A program made the translations under genes and the position numbers. A stretch of DNA of 64,000 nt, taken from Amphiscolops sp. MND2022 (taxonomy: Eukaryota). Each line of letters opens with the position of its first letter. Position 1 is the first letter of the stretch. The notes beneath the pieces are model-generated. The model saw nothing but the letters and a program-made list of their open reading frames with translations. It did not search any database and was not told the origin of the DNA. Shown one piece after another: positions 1 through 12,326 of the stretch. The DNA lies in contig OZ076409.1 of assembly GCA_964187785.1 (NCBI GenBank), forward strand, positions 3,288,001 through 3,352,000. Reading direction: 5' to 3'.

Positions 1-959
1 CCACTAAATTGGAATGCTGCTATTCGTTTATATAAGAATTGGTGTATTACACCAATTTTAATTTAAATGAAGATCATTCCAATATAGTTGAATATCGAAG
101 AAGCATTGACAGCCAATTAAAACGACTTGGACAAAAGCAATTCAATTCCGAAATAAATGAAGCAAAACGGGTTTCAAGTGAATGTAGAGAAGAGATAACA
201 CACTTTTGGGAGCCAATCAATATTTTAATCAACTCAATCTCATCTTGAAATGAAGAGTATCTCTTTAAAAGAATATATGTTCCTTACAGAAAAAAAACTT
301 TCTCGCTGCCTACCGAAAATTGATTGGTGAAGCGATTGATTCATTCAAATTGTAATTTGGTTCAAATGAACTGAAAATGCCTCGTTTTCCTCTGTTCGTA
401 GTTAGAGCTCACTCAAATTGATATTATTCCACTCAATGAGGAAATTCAAACCGGCGCTATTGTTAAGTTAGGGCTGAATTTTATTGGTCGATTCACTTAA
501 TGTGTAAAGTTGCTTCGCTTAAATTAAAATTGGTGAATGATTAGAGAAATTTGGTCTGATAGTTAGTAGTTAGGACTGTTTCCTTCTGGCTCGCTCAAAT
601 CCCAGTGATACGATTTTGATGCCATTGCACATATAGAACTCTTATATGGTGTGGAATGACTGTAGAAAATTTCGTTTGAATCGAAAATTGAAAAATGGCT
701 GTTTTTTGGTCGTCTTTGGGCTAACTCTGGCTATGTTTCTCAGATCTCAGCCATACAATTTTGATGCCATTGCGAACGCAGAAGCACCTTTGGGTGTATT
801 ATAGTGACTGTGGAAAATTTTATGGAAATCATATGGACAATTTTTGAGAAATTAGAAATTTTCATTGACAAATCGGGACAAAACGTCACGATTGCATAAG
901 TAGTCAAAACTTTTTTCTGACTCCTCCTAAAAATTGGTGTATTATACATACCTTTTCCA

Positions 960-1258
960 TGTCAATTTCGCCAAAATGAAATTGAACTTTGCCAAGATGA
1001 AAATCAAGATCGCGTGAATGAATTTCAATTTCGCTTTCGTGAAACAATTTTCGCCAATATGAAACTGAATTTTGCCAAAAAGAAAATGACTTTGCCAAAT
1101 TAGAAACAGATTTTTTGTGTGAAATTGAGTTTCGCTACGGCGGAAATGAATTTCGTTCATGCAAAATTGATTTCCTTTTTGGCAAAGTTGAGTTGCATGT
1201 TGGCGATGATTTTCAATTTTGTTCAGGCGGAATTGACTTTCATTTCGGCGGCGAAATT
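960..1258. repeat. Degenerate ~22-bp tandem array
   Basis: Recurring tttcgccaa.atgaaattga-like units. Confidence 0.55.
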
Positions 1259-1314
1259 CAGATGGAAAAGGTATAGAGAAAGTTAGTAGTGTGAAAGTAG
1301 GAAGTGGTAGTTAC

Positions 1315-1586
1315 CTGTAGCTGTCCACTGACGCACTCGGAAGATGGTTGCATGTGTGGGTGACCTTGGCCCCCGGTGGAAGAGAAGTGACCTGTGGGTG
1401 GGGGGGCTGCAGAGATATTTCTGTAGACGGAGGCGGGTAAACTATAGAATAAGGCACTGGCTGCACTACTACTGCTAATGTTAGCATTGCTGCTGCTACT
1501 TCCCCCTCCTGCTCCTCCGTTCATGACGTCACCACTGCCGCCCCCAACCCCCACTGCTGCCGATGACGTCACACTGCTGTGTACTC
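1315..1586 (-). CDS. RIMS: RIM-like exon ending at the start of C2A (SGQLQ); gene continues left of the window
   Basis: ttttgttgttag|GA GTA CAC ... CTA CAG|gtaact; 272 nt, phase 1 to 0. 'SGQL' resembles the first strand of RIM C2A. Confidence 0.8.
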
Positions 1587-1621
1587 CTAACAACAAAAGG
1601 AGTATCTACAGAAAACTTTAA

Positions 1622-1860
1622 AACAAGACGGGAATGTCTAAAGTCGGCGCTATATCTAAGGCTCAAAAAAAATTTTCAGAATTGTAAAACGGGGACCCTT
1701 TGAGCTTTTTGAAAAACCAGTTGTTGCAAAATATTAAAAAATGAAGAGGGGGCCCTTCGGAGACATTAAAAAATTTTCAAAAGAAATCAAAAAATGAAAA
1801 TTTTGAACAGTGTCACAGTGCCGAAAAATGTAAAATGGGGACCCTTAGGGATTTTTCAAA
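1622..1860 (-). mobile_element. HINE-A (Helentron/DINE-1-like) partial copy, 3' end
   Basis: Starts aacaagacgggaatgtctaaagtcggcgctatatctaaggctc (reverse complement of the 3' subTIR, hairpin and CTTGTT end). Confidence 0.7.
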
Positions 1861-2345
1861 GGAGCTATTGAGGCTAAGAATAGGTCTAAGCCTAACACTT
1901 TTTTTCCAAAATTTCCTTGGTACCTAGTTTGGTTTGAATGACATCAGCATTAAAAAAATAGAACATGTCTCCAAAACTGAGAAAAGTGAGTTTTTTTTTG
2001 CACAAAAAATGGTTATTTTTTTTCTAAATTTCCGTTTTTGGCGAAATCCAGTTTTCTCAAAAGTTCTTGACCCATAGCAAAAACCAACCCCATACATTTG
2101 CACATCAAGTTCTTACGCAACAAATCCCAATAATTATCGCGCTGTTGCTACAAGACCCGGCTACGAAGTGCGGAACTGCCGCGAATTGGCGGTACCGGAA
2201 AAAACTAAAATTCTGAAGGAAGGGGCGCACGGCGCGTATAGCTCGTTTCTCTGGTACGCGTGGTTGTGGAGATCAAGTTGTGATTTAAAATTTATCAAAT
2301 TTTTTTTTGAAAATTTGTAAAAACGCCCGAGTCAATTAGGGTTAA
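1861..2345. mobile_element. piggyBac-like element end (related end at ~22015-22438)
   Basis: Both copies end aaaaacgccc.gtcaattAGGG|TTAA; the opposite terminus was not found. Confidence 0.5.
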
Positions 2346-2385
2346 CTTCGAAAGAGGGTACGGTACAAGGATAGACGGACTATAC

Positions 2386-2606
2386 CTGTGGGGTCTGAGT
2401 GCCCTCCGGAGGAGTTTGAGGGGTGTTGGGTGGGACCTCTGCGGGTCGTGGGTCTGGGCGGGTAAGGCAGCTGAGACGCGGCGGCGACGGCTGAGTTGTT
2501 GTGCACTTGGTCCACCAGTTGAGCACCGGCCGCGGTCACTGAAGAGCCAGAGACTGGCGCCGCAGTGGCACTGCCCGAAACAGACCTGCTGCCCCGGCTG
2601 GCACCG
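2386..2606 (-). CDS. RIMS: RIM-like exon (PDZ-C2A linker)
   Basis: ttgaacag|C GGT GCC ... ACA G|gtatag; 221 nt, phase 2 to 1. Confidence 0.75.
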
Positions 2607-3244
2607 CTGTTCAACTGCAGCTGTTTGAGTTGTAAAAAAGGCCTGAAAACCACGAGTTATTCCAACTTATTCACATACTACCCAGTCGCGTGATGACGCT
2701 TTTAGCATTTTAAAATTGTACAACGGGACCCTTTGGGATTTTTGAAACTCCAGTTTGTTGCAAAATTTGAAAATTGAAGGGAACCCTATGGAGACTTCAA
2801 AAAATTTTCGAAAAAAATAATCAAAAAATGAGACTTTTGAACAGTTTCACAGTGCCTTTGGGATTTTTTATTATCCATTATGTTGCAAATTATGGAAACA
2901 AATCAAGGGACTCTTTGGTGCAATCCAAAAATTTTCAAAAAAAGTCTCATAGTGCCGAGAAAATCTAAGTTAAAAACACCAAGATAGCCAAAGGGGGATC
3001 CTTAGTTCAAGTTGTTGAGCAAATGAATAAAAAAAAGTGGACATTACGCGTATAGAAAAACAGTACGCACAGTAATAGTCGGCCTTTTTTCCTTCAGGGA
3101 AAAGGCGCCCTCTAAAAACTAAGTCCACAATGACCCAAGTCGACGGTTAAGGATTCAAAACTCGATTTCAATTCAATTTTGCAACATACTTGAAACCTTT
3201 TGTAAGTGAGAATAAGAACACTGTATATTGTATAGAAAACTGAC

Positions 3245-3362
3245 CTTCTGCATATAACCAGTTCAACTTCAGTCTCCTGTTTTGACTGCATGATGACATG
3301 TGTCACTTGATTATGAGTCAAATTGCGAAATGAAACCTTGTTCCACTCTAAAATTTCATCTC
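3245..3362 (-). CDS. RIMS: RIM-like exon: C-terminal half of PDZ domain
   Basis: gtttcag|GA GAT GAA ... AGA AG|gtcagt; 118 nt, phase 1 to 2. Encodes GDEILEWN...IMQSKQETEVELVICR (RIM-type GDEVLEWN...ESK....VELVV.R). Confidence 0.92.
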
Positions 3363-3418
3363 CTGAAACACAGCAACTCTTCAATGCTCATTCAAGTCAT
3401 ACTTTTAAACTAAGATTG

Positions 3419-3810
3419 GGCTCTTTTCTCTGCCACCCCCCCCCCCACGAAAATTTTTGAAAATAACTTTTCTTAAAAACTTTAGACTAGCCTAATTAAA
3501 AGTAAAACCTTCTTTGGTAACAGGAAGTTAACTTCTATTAGAGTAGTTTTCCGCTTGTTCACACATTTTGACTATGATTATGTTCGTATTAAGTGTTTAT
3601 TGATGACTCAAAACAGGAAGCTCTGGATTTCTTTATCAAAATGCGTGACTAAATAGGGAAAAAGTGTGAACAAAGTTTGTATCTGAATCCTAAGCTATCA
3701 CCCTGAAATAAAATTAAAACTGAAGCTTTCTGGTTTGTATTCAAATCTATTTGCTATAAGATTGACTAATTTTCCAAAAAAATTTTGGTGGTGGGGGACA
3801 GAAAAGAGCC
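3419..3810. mobile_element. MITE with GGCTCTTTTCT TIRs and 8-bp TSD (other copies 5770-6193, 15630-16030)
   Basis: TIR ggctcttttct...agaaaagagcc; TSDs taagattg/taagactg and tcattttc/tcattttc. Confidence 0.8.
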
Positions 3811-4090
3811 TAAGACTGAAACAAAGGTGTCCACAAAAGTATTTCGAGCAAGAATTGAACCTGAGGAGCACGTGATCCATTTCTGTTCCCAAAATGATTA
3901 TGATTGGAGCTCCGCCAAACGCTTTCTTGACATTCAAAAAGTATTGCAGTACAAAAACCCCACAATTAGCATTAACTGCATACCAAAATAAAAATGACAC
4001 CCAGTGACCAGAAAAATACCTAGTAAATTGCTTTGAAAAATTCCGGAGTCCTAAAAGTTGAGGAGCAAATTATTCAGATGTGGCAAGGTG

Positions 4091-4513
4091 ACCAAGACGG
4101 GAACGTTTAAAGTCGGTGCTATAACTAAGGCTCAAAAATCGCATAGTTTTTAAAATTGTAATAGCACCCCTTTGGGCTTTTTGAAAATCCAGTTTGTAGC
4201 AAAATATCAAAAAAAATTGAAGGGGGACACTTTGGAGACAAAAAAATCGACAAAAAATTCGCACAGTGCCGAAAAAATCAAAGGGGGACCCTATAGTCTC
4301 GTCCTGTTTTTAAATTTTACGTTAAAAATGGAATAAATGAAAGGGGGGGGACCCTTTGAACTAACTTAGATGCGCATTTCCGGTTGCCGGTCCAGTAGTT
4401 TAGTAGTTCTGTAAAAAGTGTCCACTACGCATACATTCTGTTGTCTGACAAAAAAACTAGTCACTGTTTTAGGCAGGGAATTTTTCCTCAAGGGAAAAGT
4501 CGCCGTCTAAAAA
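4091..4513 (-). mobile_element. HINE-A copy
   Basis: Both degenerate termini are present: caagacgggaacg..agtcggtgct and aaagtcgccgtctaaaaa. Confidence 0.75.
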
Positions 4514-4563
4514 CAGTATCTCAAAATTTGTTAGTCAAGAGAACACCAGCAAAGATGACTCAC

Positions 4564-4867
4564 CAGCAACCAGGCCAGCAGTGACATCGGCCGGACTGCC
4601 GCGCCGGACGTTGACTACCAAGGCAGCCAGCACTCCGGCATACTGCTGGCTCAGAGCCTCCAGATCCACCTTGTCGGGGACGGAAGCGGCAGCAGTAGCC
4701 AGCGAAGAGGAGAGGCCGTGGCCACAGCTAGCCAGAATGGTGTCCAGAGGCTGACCTCCCCGCACTTTGAGCCCCAATTCGCGGCCAACGCCCTTGTTCA
4801 TTGTGATGCGGCCAATGAGAGATCCGAAGCCATCTGCGTTGGCACTCCATTCAACTGCGCCTCCTCT
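4564..4867 (-). CDS. RIMS: RIM-like exon: N-terminal half of PDZ domain
   Basis: gtctcttcag|AGA GGA GGC ... GCT G|gtgagt; 304 nt, phase 0 to 1. Encodes VEWSANADG..LIGRITMNK..LGLKVRGG..V.RGSPAD, matching the RIM PDZ N-terminus. Confidence 0.9.
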
Positions 4868-4922
4868 CTGAAGAGACACAAACTGGCATTTACTCATGAG
4901 ACAGACAGATTTACACTTTACC

Positions 4923-5400
4923 GGTTGGGCGACAATTTCTCCCAAGCGACAATTCGTCCCAAATTTTTTTTAAAAAAAAACGACAATTCGTCCCAAGCGT
5001 CAATTCGTCCCATTTGTAAAAAGCGAATATTCGTCCCCAATTTAATTCCGAATTAATACCTTTGTAATAGTGAATCCGGAAGTATTACATTTAGAGGCAG
5101 GTACCAACAATTAACACCAATTAACAGGACCTGATTTTGGTAAATTGGATGATCTTTTTTCACATTCTTCAGTATTTCAAGACTAGTACATTAAAATGCA
5201 ATACTCAATCATGTGTACTCTTAGAACTAATTGTTCAATTCCTTGATTTCAATCTTCAAAAGGTTGAAAATTAGCAGATCAATTAAACAATTTGTGACGA
5301 ACTGTCGCTTTTTACAAATGGGACGAATTGACGCTTGGAACGAATTGTCGCTTTTTGGATTTTAGGCCGATTTTTCGTTTGGGACGAATTGTTGCTTTCC
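4923..5400. mobile_element. Mutator/Foldback-like MITE with GCGACAATTCGTCCC arms (others 19448-19938, 22837-23309)
   Basis: Inverted arrays of a short motif; 9-bp TSDs aatagtttt/aacagtttt and ggatttgac/ggaattgac in the sister copies. Confidence 0.75.
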
Positions 5401-6267
5401 GACTTTACAACCCTTTACTCACCACTTACTAGCACTCAGTTCTTGAAGAGACATGGCCACAGTCGATGGTCAAGAAACCTTCAAAAAATATTCCCCGTTT
5501 CTAATGCTGTATCATTTGCGATGCCTAATTTCCAGACAAGCGTTTACTTTGCGATTCGGCGTTTTACTATATAAATTAGTCCTCCATTTGCAGAGGTTTC
5601 CAAATTAATCTTTACGGGACCGTCACTGACAATGCAAGGAGGCTGTGCAGTTTGCAGCGTATCGACACCATCCACGTCTTTTTGCTGACAAGCACCCCTT
5701 TAAAACGGGGGGCTACATATTGAAACATCATCGCCTTTTTTTCGCACGGTCCATGTAATTATCATTTTCGGCTCTTTTCTGTCACCCCACCACCAAAATT
5801 TTTGACAGTGAATTTTCGTGAAAATTTCGCACTATCCTATTTTTTTTTTTAAAAAAAACCTTCTTTCATAACAAGAAGTTGACGTCTATTAGAACAATTT
5901 TTTGTTTGAACAATACATTTTTCCACGCATTTTGACTTTAATTATGTTCGCATTAAGTGTTTTTTGTGACTCAAAACAGGAAGCTGTTGAACTTCTTATT
6001 AGAACTGCGTAATTTCACAAGAAAAAAGAGTGTGAACAAAGTTTGTATCTGGCTTCTAAACTGTCACCCTGGAACTAAATTTAAAATTGAATGTTTCTGG
6101 CCAGTAATCAAGACTTTCTGTTTCAATATTTTCATTCATTTTCCAAAAAAATGTTGGTGGTGGGGAGGGGGGAGGGGGGAACAGAAAGGAGCCTCATTTT
6201 CGAATGTGGAAAGGAAGTCTACATCAAATGAATCTCTTTAACGCTCTTTAACGTCTCGACTGTGGCC

Positions 6268-6745
6268 GGTATGCGGAAAACTCGTCGAAAACAACTCGCC
6301 GAATGCAACTCGTCGAAAACAACTCGTCAAAAATAAAGGGCGGAAAACTGGTCGAAAATTAACTCGTCGAATGATGATTAAGTGCAAACTCGTCGAATAC
6401 TTACAGGTTACCCACTGGGATGATTCATTTCTAATTATGATTTAATTTTCGTTAATTGATGCGTAAAATCTTAAGTTTTACGCAGAATATAGCCCTTTTT
6501 AGTTATATAATTGCTTGAAATGATTCACTTTTATAGTTTACAGTGTAATACTTCATAATAATTTAGAACTCCATAACACGGTATGATCACAAAGTTAGCA
6601 CTATATTTGCCTGAGATTATTTTCTATTCTTGCGACGAGTTTTCCGCCGGAGAATTTTCGGCGAGTTTTCCGCCTAGTATTTTCGACGAGTTGTTTTCGG
6701 CGAGTTGTTTTCGACGAGTTGTTTTCGACGAGTTTTCCTAGATTC
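6268..6745. mobile_element. Mutator/Foldback-like MITE with CTCGTCGAAAACAA arms
   Basis: Perfect 9-bp TSD actgtggcc (6259-6267, 6746-6754); G...C termini; inverted motif arrays. Confidence 0.85.
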
Positions 6746-8084
6746 ACTGTGGCCGGCCTTTCTCTTCTACCGATACATTTTGCAAGCAGACACAACACAA
6801 AATTCAGCTCCTAACACAGAATATAATCACGCAGAAGTTTTTGCGGACAGCATTCAATGCTTCAGACACTGAAAGGACTGAAAATTCATCACAATATTTC
6901 AAGAGGTGAACTCGAAGGATGAACTCATGTGGATGGAAAACTTGCAAAAAGGGATAGATGTTGATTGCATGCATTCGAACAGACCAAAAATCCAGATTAT
7001 AAGTGAATAAAAGTAATACAAGAGGCATTATCAACGGTCCACGGTGTAGTCTACAAGCAAGCTGAAGAACATCCAGGTCATACTTGAAACCCTCGCAATG
7101 ATGAATCATCATCCGAAAATCAGTCATTAAGGTCAAATTCGGACGTTTAAGGCATTCCAATATGAAACTTCATGCAATTCTTTCCAGGATCTGCCAGCTT
7201 AAATTTCCAAGACGTTTTTGCGAAATATGTAAACAGGAACCTTAACCTTAACTTGACCAATGTGCCAAATTTGGCACAATTAGTTTCTGCAAATTCTTAA
7301 CGCACCAGCTGATTGTATGGTAAAGCAAACCCTTTAATAAGGGTTTCAGACGGTATTGCATAGCATTCGGCGCCTTTTCACGGAATATTGACGTGATGTC
7401 TTCGCAATCAAGAAAATGGGACCAAAAATCATAGTGAGCGCAGATTTTCCGTTTTTCCAGTTTTCGTTTGTGGCCCTTTTATCCCACTGGTATCAAGATT
7501 GGGTCAAAGTGACCCTAGCATGTTTTGACACATGCTGAAAAGCAATCAGAGACACGATGCGTGCAAAGTTTTAGCGCAGAGTCCGGAGCCAGTGCGGCGA
7601 AGCGGGCCCCCAGCCTAGCAGTTTAAAAGTTGATTCGAAAGCCCTGATTGTCCTCTTTCGAACGCTCTATAAATCGTTTGCCGGACTTGAATAGTTCAGG
7701 AGATATTGCGGTTTAAAGTTGAAGCACCTGATTTTTGGATGGAACAAGAATTTTCCTGGCCAACTTAAGGTTAAGCCGCGTATTTTCGAGAAGACCCACA
7801 AAGGGATTCGTAGTGAGTGAGAAATTGCAATCTCCGGGTAAAATGAATCAATTATTGTGCTGAATATAGCATAACCTCCTGAATGCGAATCAAAATTCAG
7901 ATGGCAGCTAATTCTTCAAAAACCAACTTTTGTTAGCTGTACAAGCTGTTGTCAGTTTCTGGAAGTTTTCAAATTCTGTTTGGAAGCCTCAAACACAAAA
8001 TAAGGAGGCGTAGTTAGTTGTTTCAGGCAGGAACTGATCGAATTTGATAAGAATCATCTGCAACTAGAGCCGCATATGCGGTAA

Positions 8085-8477
8085 AGGAGTCGGGTTAGGT
8101 CTTTTTCCTTCTGACTCGCTCCAATCCCAGTCACACGAATTTATTGAAATTGCACACATAGGACCATACTATGGCGTAGAAGGACTGTACAAAATTTCGT
8201 TCGAATCGTATGGACAGATTTTGCGAAAATCAAAAAAGTCGAAAAATGGCTGTTTTTGGGCTAATTTTGGCTATGTTTCTCACATTCCAGTCATATTATT
8301 TTGATGCCATTGCGCATGCAGGGGCCCCTTTGGGCGTAGAATGACTGTGCAAATTTTTATGAAAATCGTATGGATAATTTTTGAGAAATTTGAAATTTTC
8401 ATGAAAAGGTCGGCAGAAAAAAAAACAAAAAAAACGAGACGATTGCATAAGTAGTCGAAAAATTTTTTCCGACTCCT
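8085..8477. mobile_element. Kolobok-like MITE (related copy ~570-930)
   Basis: Short TIR aggagtcgg/ccgactcct in A/T flanks; long internal similarity to 570-930. Superfamily is tentative. Confidence 0.5.
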
Positions 8478-9148
8478 AAAAATTACAACGCACAATTTGA
8501 CCACATGTTCGGAAAATTCGACTAGACTCACTGTAAGCGGTGCTCATGTAGAGAAAACAGAAGTGGGCTTTGACTCAAGTCAACACAACTGGCTTCTTGT
8601 GGAAAAGAATCTTGGGAAAAAGTCCAGATTGTGTGGCGAACAAGCATGGAAGAATGAGCAGTCACATTTGTAAGAGAAACATGCAACCAAATCTCAACTA
8701 GAGACTGCAGGTCTATAGACACTGCACAATGCAAACCATCAAAGTCTGTCTTCAGACTCACTTGAGTGTTTGAATCTCATGCATTAATCATGACATGTTC
8801 AACATCTGCTTGCTTGAAACATGGAAAAAAAGTAAAGCAAACAAACATTCAATTCTGGCAAAAAAAGAAGCAGAAATTGTCAGTCATTTCTGGTGGCTTG
8901 CATCATCACGATCTTCGTTTTCTGGCACGAGCGGATTTAGTGGGTTTCATTTCAATGAGCCAGTCATGCCGCAAGAATTGCTTTCATTTTATTTCTTTAC
9001 AATTTTATTTCTTTCATTTCTACAAGATGAAAATTTTATAAAATCATAATTTTTAGAAATTTGAGAAAATAATAACCAGATAATTTCACTGGAAAAATCC
9101 AAATCCGAGACTTAACAACAGGTTGCATTAAGGACAATAATCCTGTAC

Positions 9149-9530
9149 CACGGCTGTGCAATTAACCGACCGAACTCGATTAACCGACCGAAGTTGTCAA
9201 TAACCGAAACCGACCGACTTATAATATAACCGACTTCGTTTAATTTGTTCAAGCAATTAGATTGAAGCTGGAAAGAAAAACTGGTTTAATGGAAAGAAAA
9301 AAAAGACAAGTATTTCCTTTTTTAAGTGTAAAGGCCCAGTTTTTACAATTCAGGCAACATCACCACGCAAAGAAACTTTCCGCGAACTTGTTTTTTTGAG
9401 AAGTTGCATTAATTAATTTGTTCAAAACTGAAGTTGAAAATTACTGTTTTGTTCACATTTGTTTATAAACAACCGACCGATTTTCTAAATAACCGACCGA
9501 ACTCGAAAAAATGATAATTGCACAGCCCTA
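9149..9530. mobile_element. hAT-like MITE (AACCGACCG subterminal repeats)
   Basis: TIR cacggctgtgcaatta / taattgcacagcccta; perfect 8-bp TSD tcctgtac. Confidence 0.85.
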
Positions 9531-9574
9531 TCCTGTACACATGGACCAAAGATGCTACAAGTAAGGTAAATGTA

Positions 9575-10208
9575 TTTTTTAGTCGGCGCATTTTCCTTTA
9601 AGGAAAAAAGCCCGACTATTACAGTGGCTAGTTTTTTTTTTTTTCGTCAGACCACAGAGCTCATCGCGTATGTACCACTTTTTACAGAAACTGATAAGTT
9701 CACTCAGGCCAAGTTCCACCAATGCAAACTTACAGCAAAGGGTCCCCCCTTTCGTTTTTTACCTTTTTTACGTAACCTACAAAACCGGAAGACTCCAAAG
9801 GGTCCCCCCTTTCAATTTTTTTTTCGGCACTGTGCGAATTTTTTTTTTCGAAAATTTTTAATTTTTCAAAAGAGTCCCCCCTTCGGATTTTTTGATATTT
9901 TGCAACAGAAAGTATGTTAATGAATCCCAACGGGTCCCCCCTTTTCATTTTTCGGCACTATGCGACGTTTTCGAAGTTTTTTTCAAAAAAAATTTTTTCA
10001 AAAAAAATTTTCAAAAAAATTTTCAAAAATTTTTTTGTTTCCAGTCGAGAAAAGTGATTTTCCAGTCATATCGAGCATGAAAGGCACACTTTGGGTGTCT
10101 CGAAAGTGTTTTCAAAGCTTTTCATGAATACATCCTGGGCATATTTAAAAAACTTTGCGCTTTTTGAGCCTTAGATATAGCGCTGACTTTAGACGTTCCC
10201 GTCTTGTT
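9575..10208 (+). mobile_element. HINE-A full copy
   Basis: 5' TTTTAGTCGGCGC..GCCCGACT (subTIR plus partial inverted repeat); 3' AGCGCTGACT-TT-AGACG TTCC CGTCT-TGTT; no TSD; core of CGGCACTGTGCGAC and AAAGGGTCCCCC modules. Confidence 0.8.
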
Positions 10209-10416
10209 GGTTTGAAAAGGAGCAGGATTTTTCCAAAGAGTGTCTGCCTGAAGCTACTGGATCCTGATAGTGGAAAGCTGAAAGTAGTATTTTCTACATT
10301 TCCATTTGGTGTAATGTTTGACGCGTGGTTTTGTGTGATGACTGGGAACAGGAAACAGAAGCACGTGGGTTCGAATCCCGCACAGGACTAACTTTTTCGG
10401 TGTTTGCGAAGGTACA

Positions 10417-12138
10417 TCATCATCATCATCATCATCATCATGTTACCGCCTTGTCCCAGCTGGCTGAGGTTGGCGGGGCGTCCCTGAATCGTCGAACGCC
10501 AGAAAACCCTATTCACTTCCGATAATCGGCGAGCCTTCAGTAGCTCCCGCACAGCGTTATCCCAGGTCTTTTTGGGCCTACCGGGTGGCCTTTTTCCGGT
10601 AACACAAATTGTGTGCCGCTTTGATCGGGTGGGTGTCTTTTCGTCGCACCACGTGCCCAAACCATCTCAGGATACTGGTTTCCAGACATTCAATTACATC
10701 AGGCTGTATTCCAAGCCTTCTTCTCAGCTCCTCCGATGGTAGGCGGTCCACTAGGCGAACTCCGCACATCATTCTCACCATCCTCCGTTCCGTACTCTGC
10801 AATCGCAGCTTCAGGTTGGTAGTTAAACTCCAAGTCTCGCATGAGTAGAGTAGAACAGGGCGCACACATCTACTGTAAATGAAACCACGCTGTCGAAGGG
10901 AGAGCCCGTGCTTACCGACAAGTGTACCTCTCAGGCGTCTGAAGGCGTACCAAGCAGATTGAACTCGGTGGCTTACCGCATCCTCATAACCACCGCTTGC
11001 GTTCACACAATGCCCGAGGTAAACAAACTTATCCACACGTCCTAGCTCACCGAAATCTTCCTCCGAGGTGGTCACCGGATCAGTCGGTTTTGCACAACTC
11101 ACACACACAAAGTTCCTTGCCGAATTCAGACTTCCCCGTATTTCGGAGCATCTTTTGTGTACCCAACACATGCAGGCCGTACAACGGATCGAGTTTACCC
11201 CAACACGCTGTCTGCATACTCCACACGGGTCTATGGCTGCTACATTGGGGCGGCTGTTGCTGTCGTTCGTAGTCAAGCCTTTAGTCTTCACGCTGACCTT
11301 GAGACCTTTCCTTTCCATTGCCGCCTTCCATTTATGGTATTTAGCCAGTACTCCTGTTACGGTTTCGTCACAAAGGGCCAGGTCATCAGCATATAGCAGC
11401 TCCATGAGATCATTATGCCTAGCTGACTCTGTCACGTACTCCATGACTGTGATGAACAACAGGGGGCTGAGGATGGAGCCTTGATGTACTACGCTCACGC
11501 CGAACTCCTCAGACTTCTGGCCGTCAACGAATACAGATGTTTTTGCTCCAGTGTATGTTGCCATCACTGCATTGATCAGCATTTCTGGTACGGCTTGATG
11601 GCGAAGTGCCTCGACGATGACTTGGCGCGGGACCCGATCAAACGCTTTTTCTAGGTCCACAAATATCCAATGAAGTTTCTTGCCTTTTGCTCTGAACTTC
11701 TCGCACAATTGTCTCGTGACAAATATGGCGTCAACTGTTCCTCTTCCAGGCATGAATCCGAATTGAGAGTCATCGACGTGGATTACTTGTCGTAGTCGAC
11801 ATTCAATCGTTTTCTCCAACACCTTGAACGAATGTTCCAGGAGTTTTACTCCCCGGAAGCAGTTAGGATCGAGGGGGTCACCTTTTCCCTTATAGAGAGG
11901 AATGAGTAGACTATGTTTGAGGTCCTCTGGCAAAGTTTCGCATAGCAGGAGGTCATTGGCCATGCTCCTGAGAACTCTGATAGCATCTTCGCCAGCTGCC
12001 TTAAGCATTGCTGCGGTTACACCACTGGGACCAGCTGCTTTGAAGCTATTGATACTGTCCAGCGCATCCCTGACTTCCTTCAGAGAGAACACCTGGCAGG
12101 GTCCATGTGTAACGGGCAGATCATCCGTCACATACTCG
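10417..12138 (-). mobile_element. 5'-truncated RTE-clade non-LTR retrotransposon (RT, Cys-rich insert, (ATG)n tail)
   Basis: RT motifs LYKGKGD, QFGFMPGRGT, FVDLEKAFD, HQGSILSP, YADD. 3' microsatellite tail ((CAT)n on + at ~10415-10441). 12-bp TSD tgcgaaggtaca at 10405-10416 and 12139-12150. Frameshift near 10600 moves the C-terminus (RPPGRPKKTW) into another frame. Confidence 0.92.
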
Positions 12139-12326
12139 TGCGAAGGTACACAAACCGAAAAGCCATCGCTTCGGGGTTTTTGCGGCTTATTTGATTTTTT
12201 TGTGAACAAAATCCTAATTTTTGAAAAGTTATCCAAGACCAGAAAAGTGTAGGAGCTGCCGATAATAAACAAGACCAAAGGTACCCCTTGAAATTTTCTT
12301 TTCAATTCATTAGATCATTCCGTCAA

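Noticed and set aside
8532..8542. 11-nt alternative frame-bridging microexon (gag|CACCGCTTACA|gtgagt)
   Set aside because: The phase fits and the donor is strong, but the GAG acceptor is poor; 13860-13891 is preferred. Not fully excluded.
12139..12305. N-terminus of the 575-aa ORF
   Set aside because: It lies outside the TSD, so it is flanking sequence read in frame by chance. The element is 5'-truncated and lacks its endonuclease.
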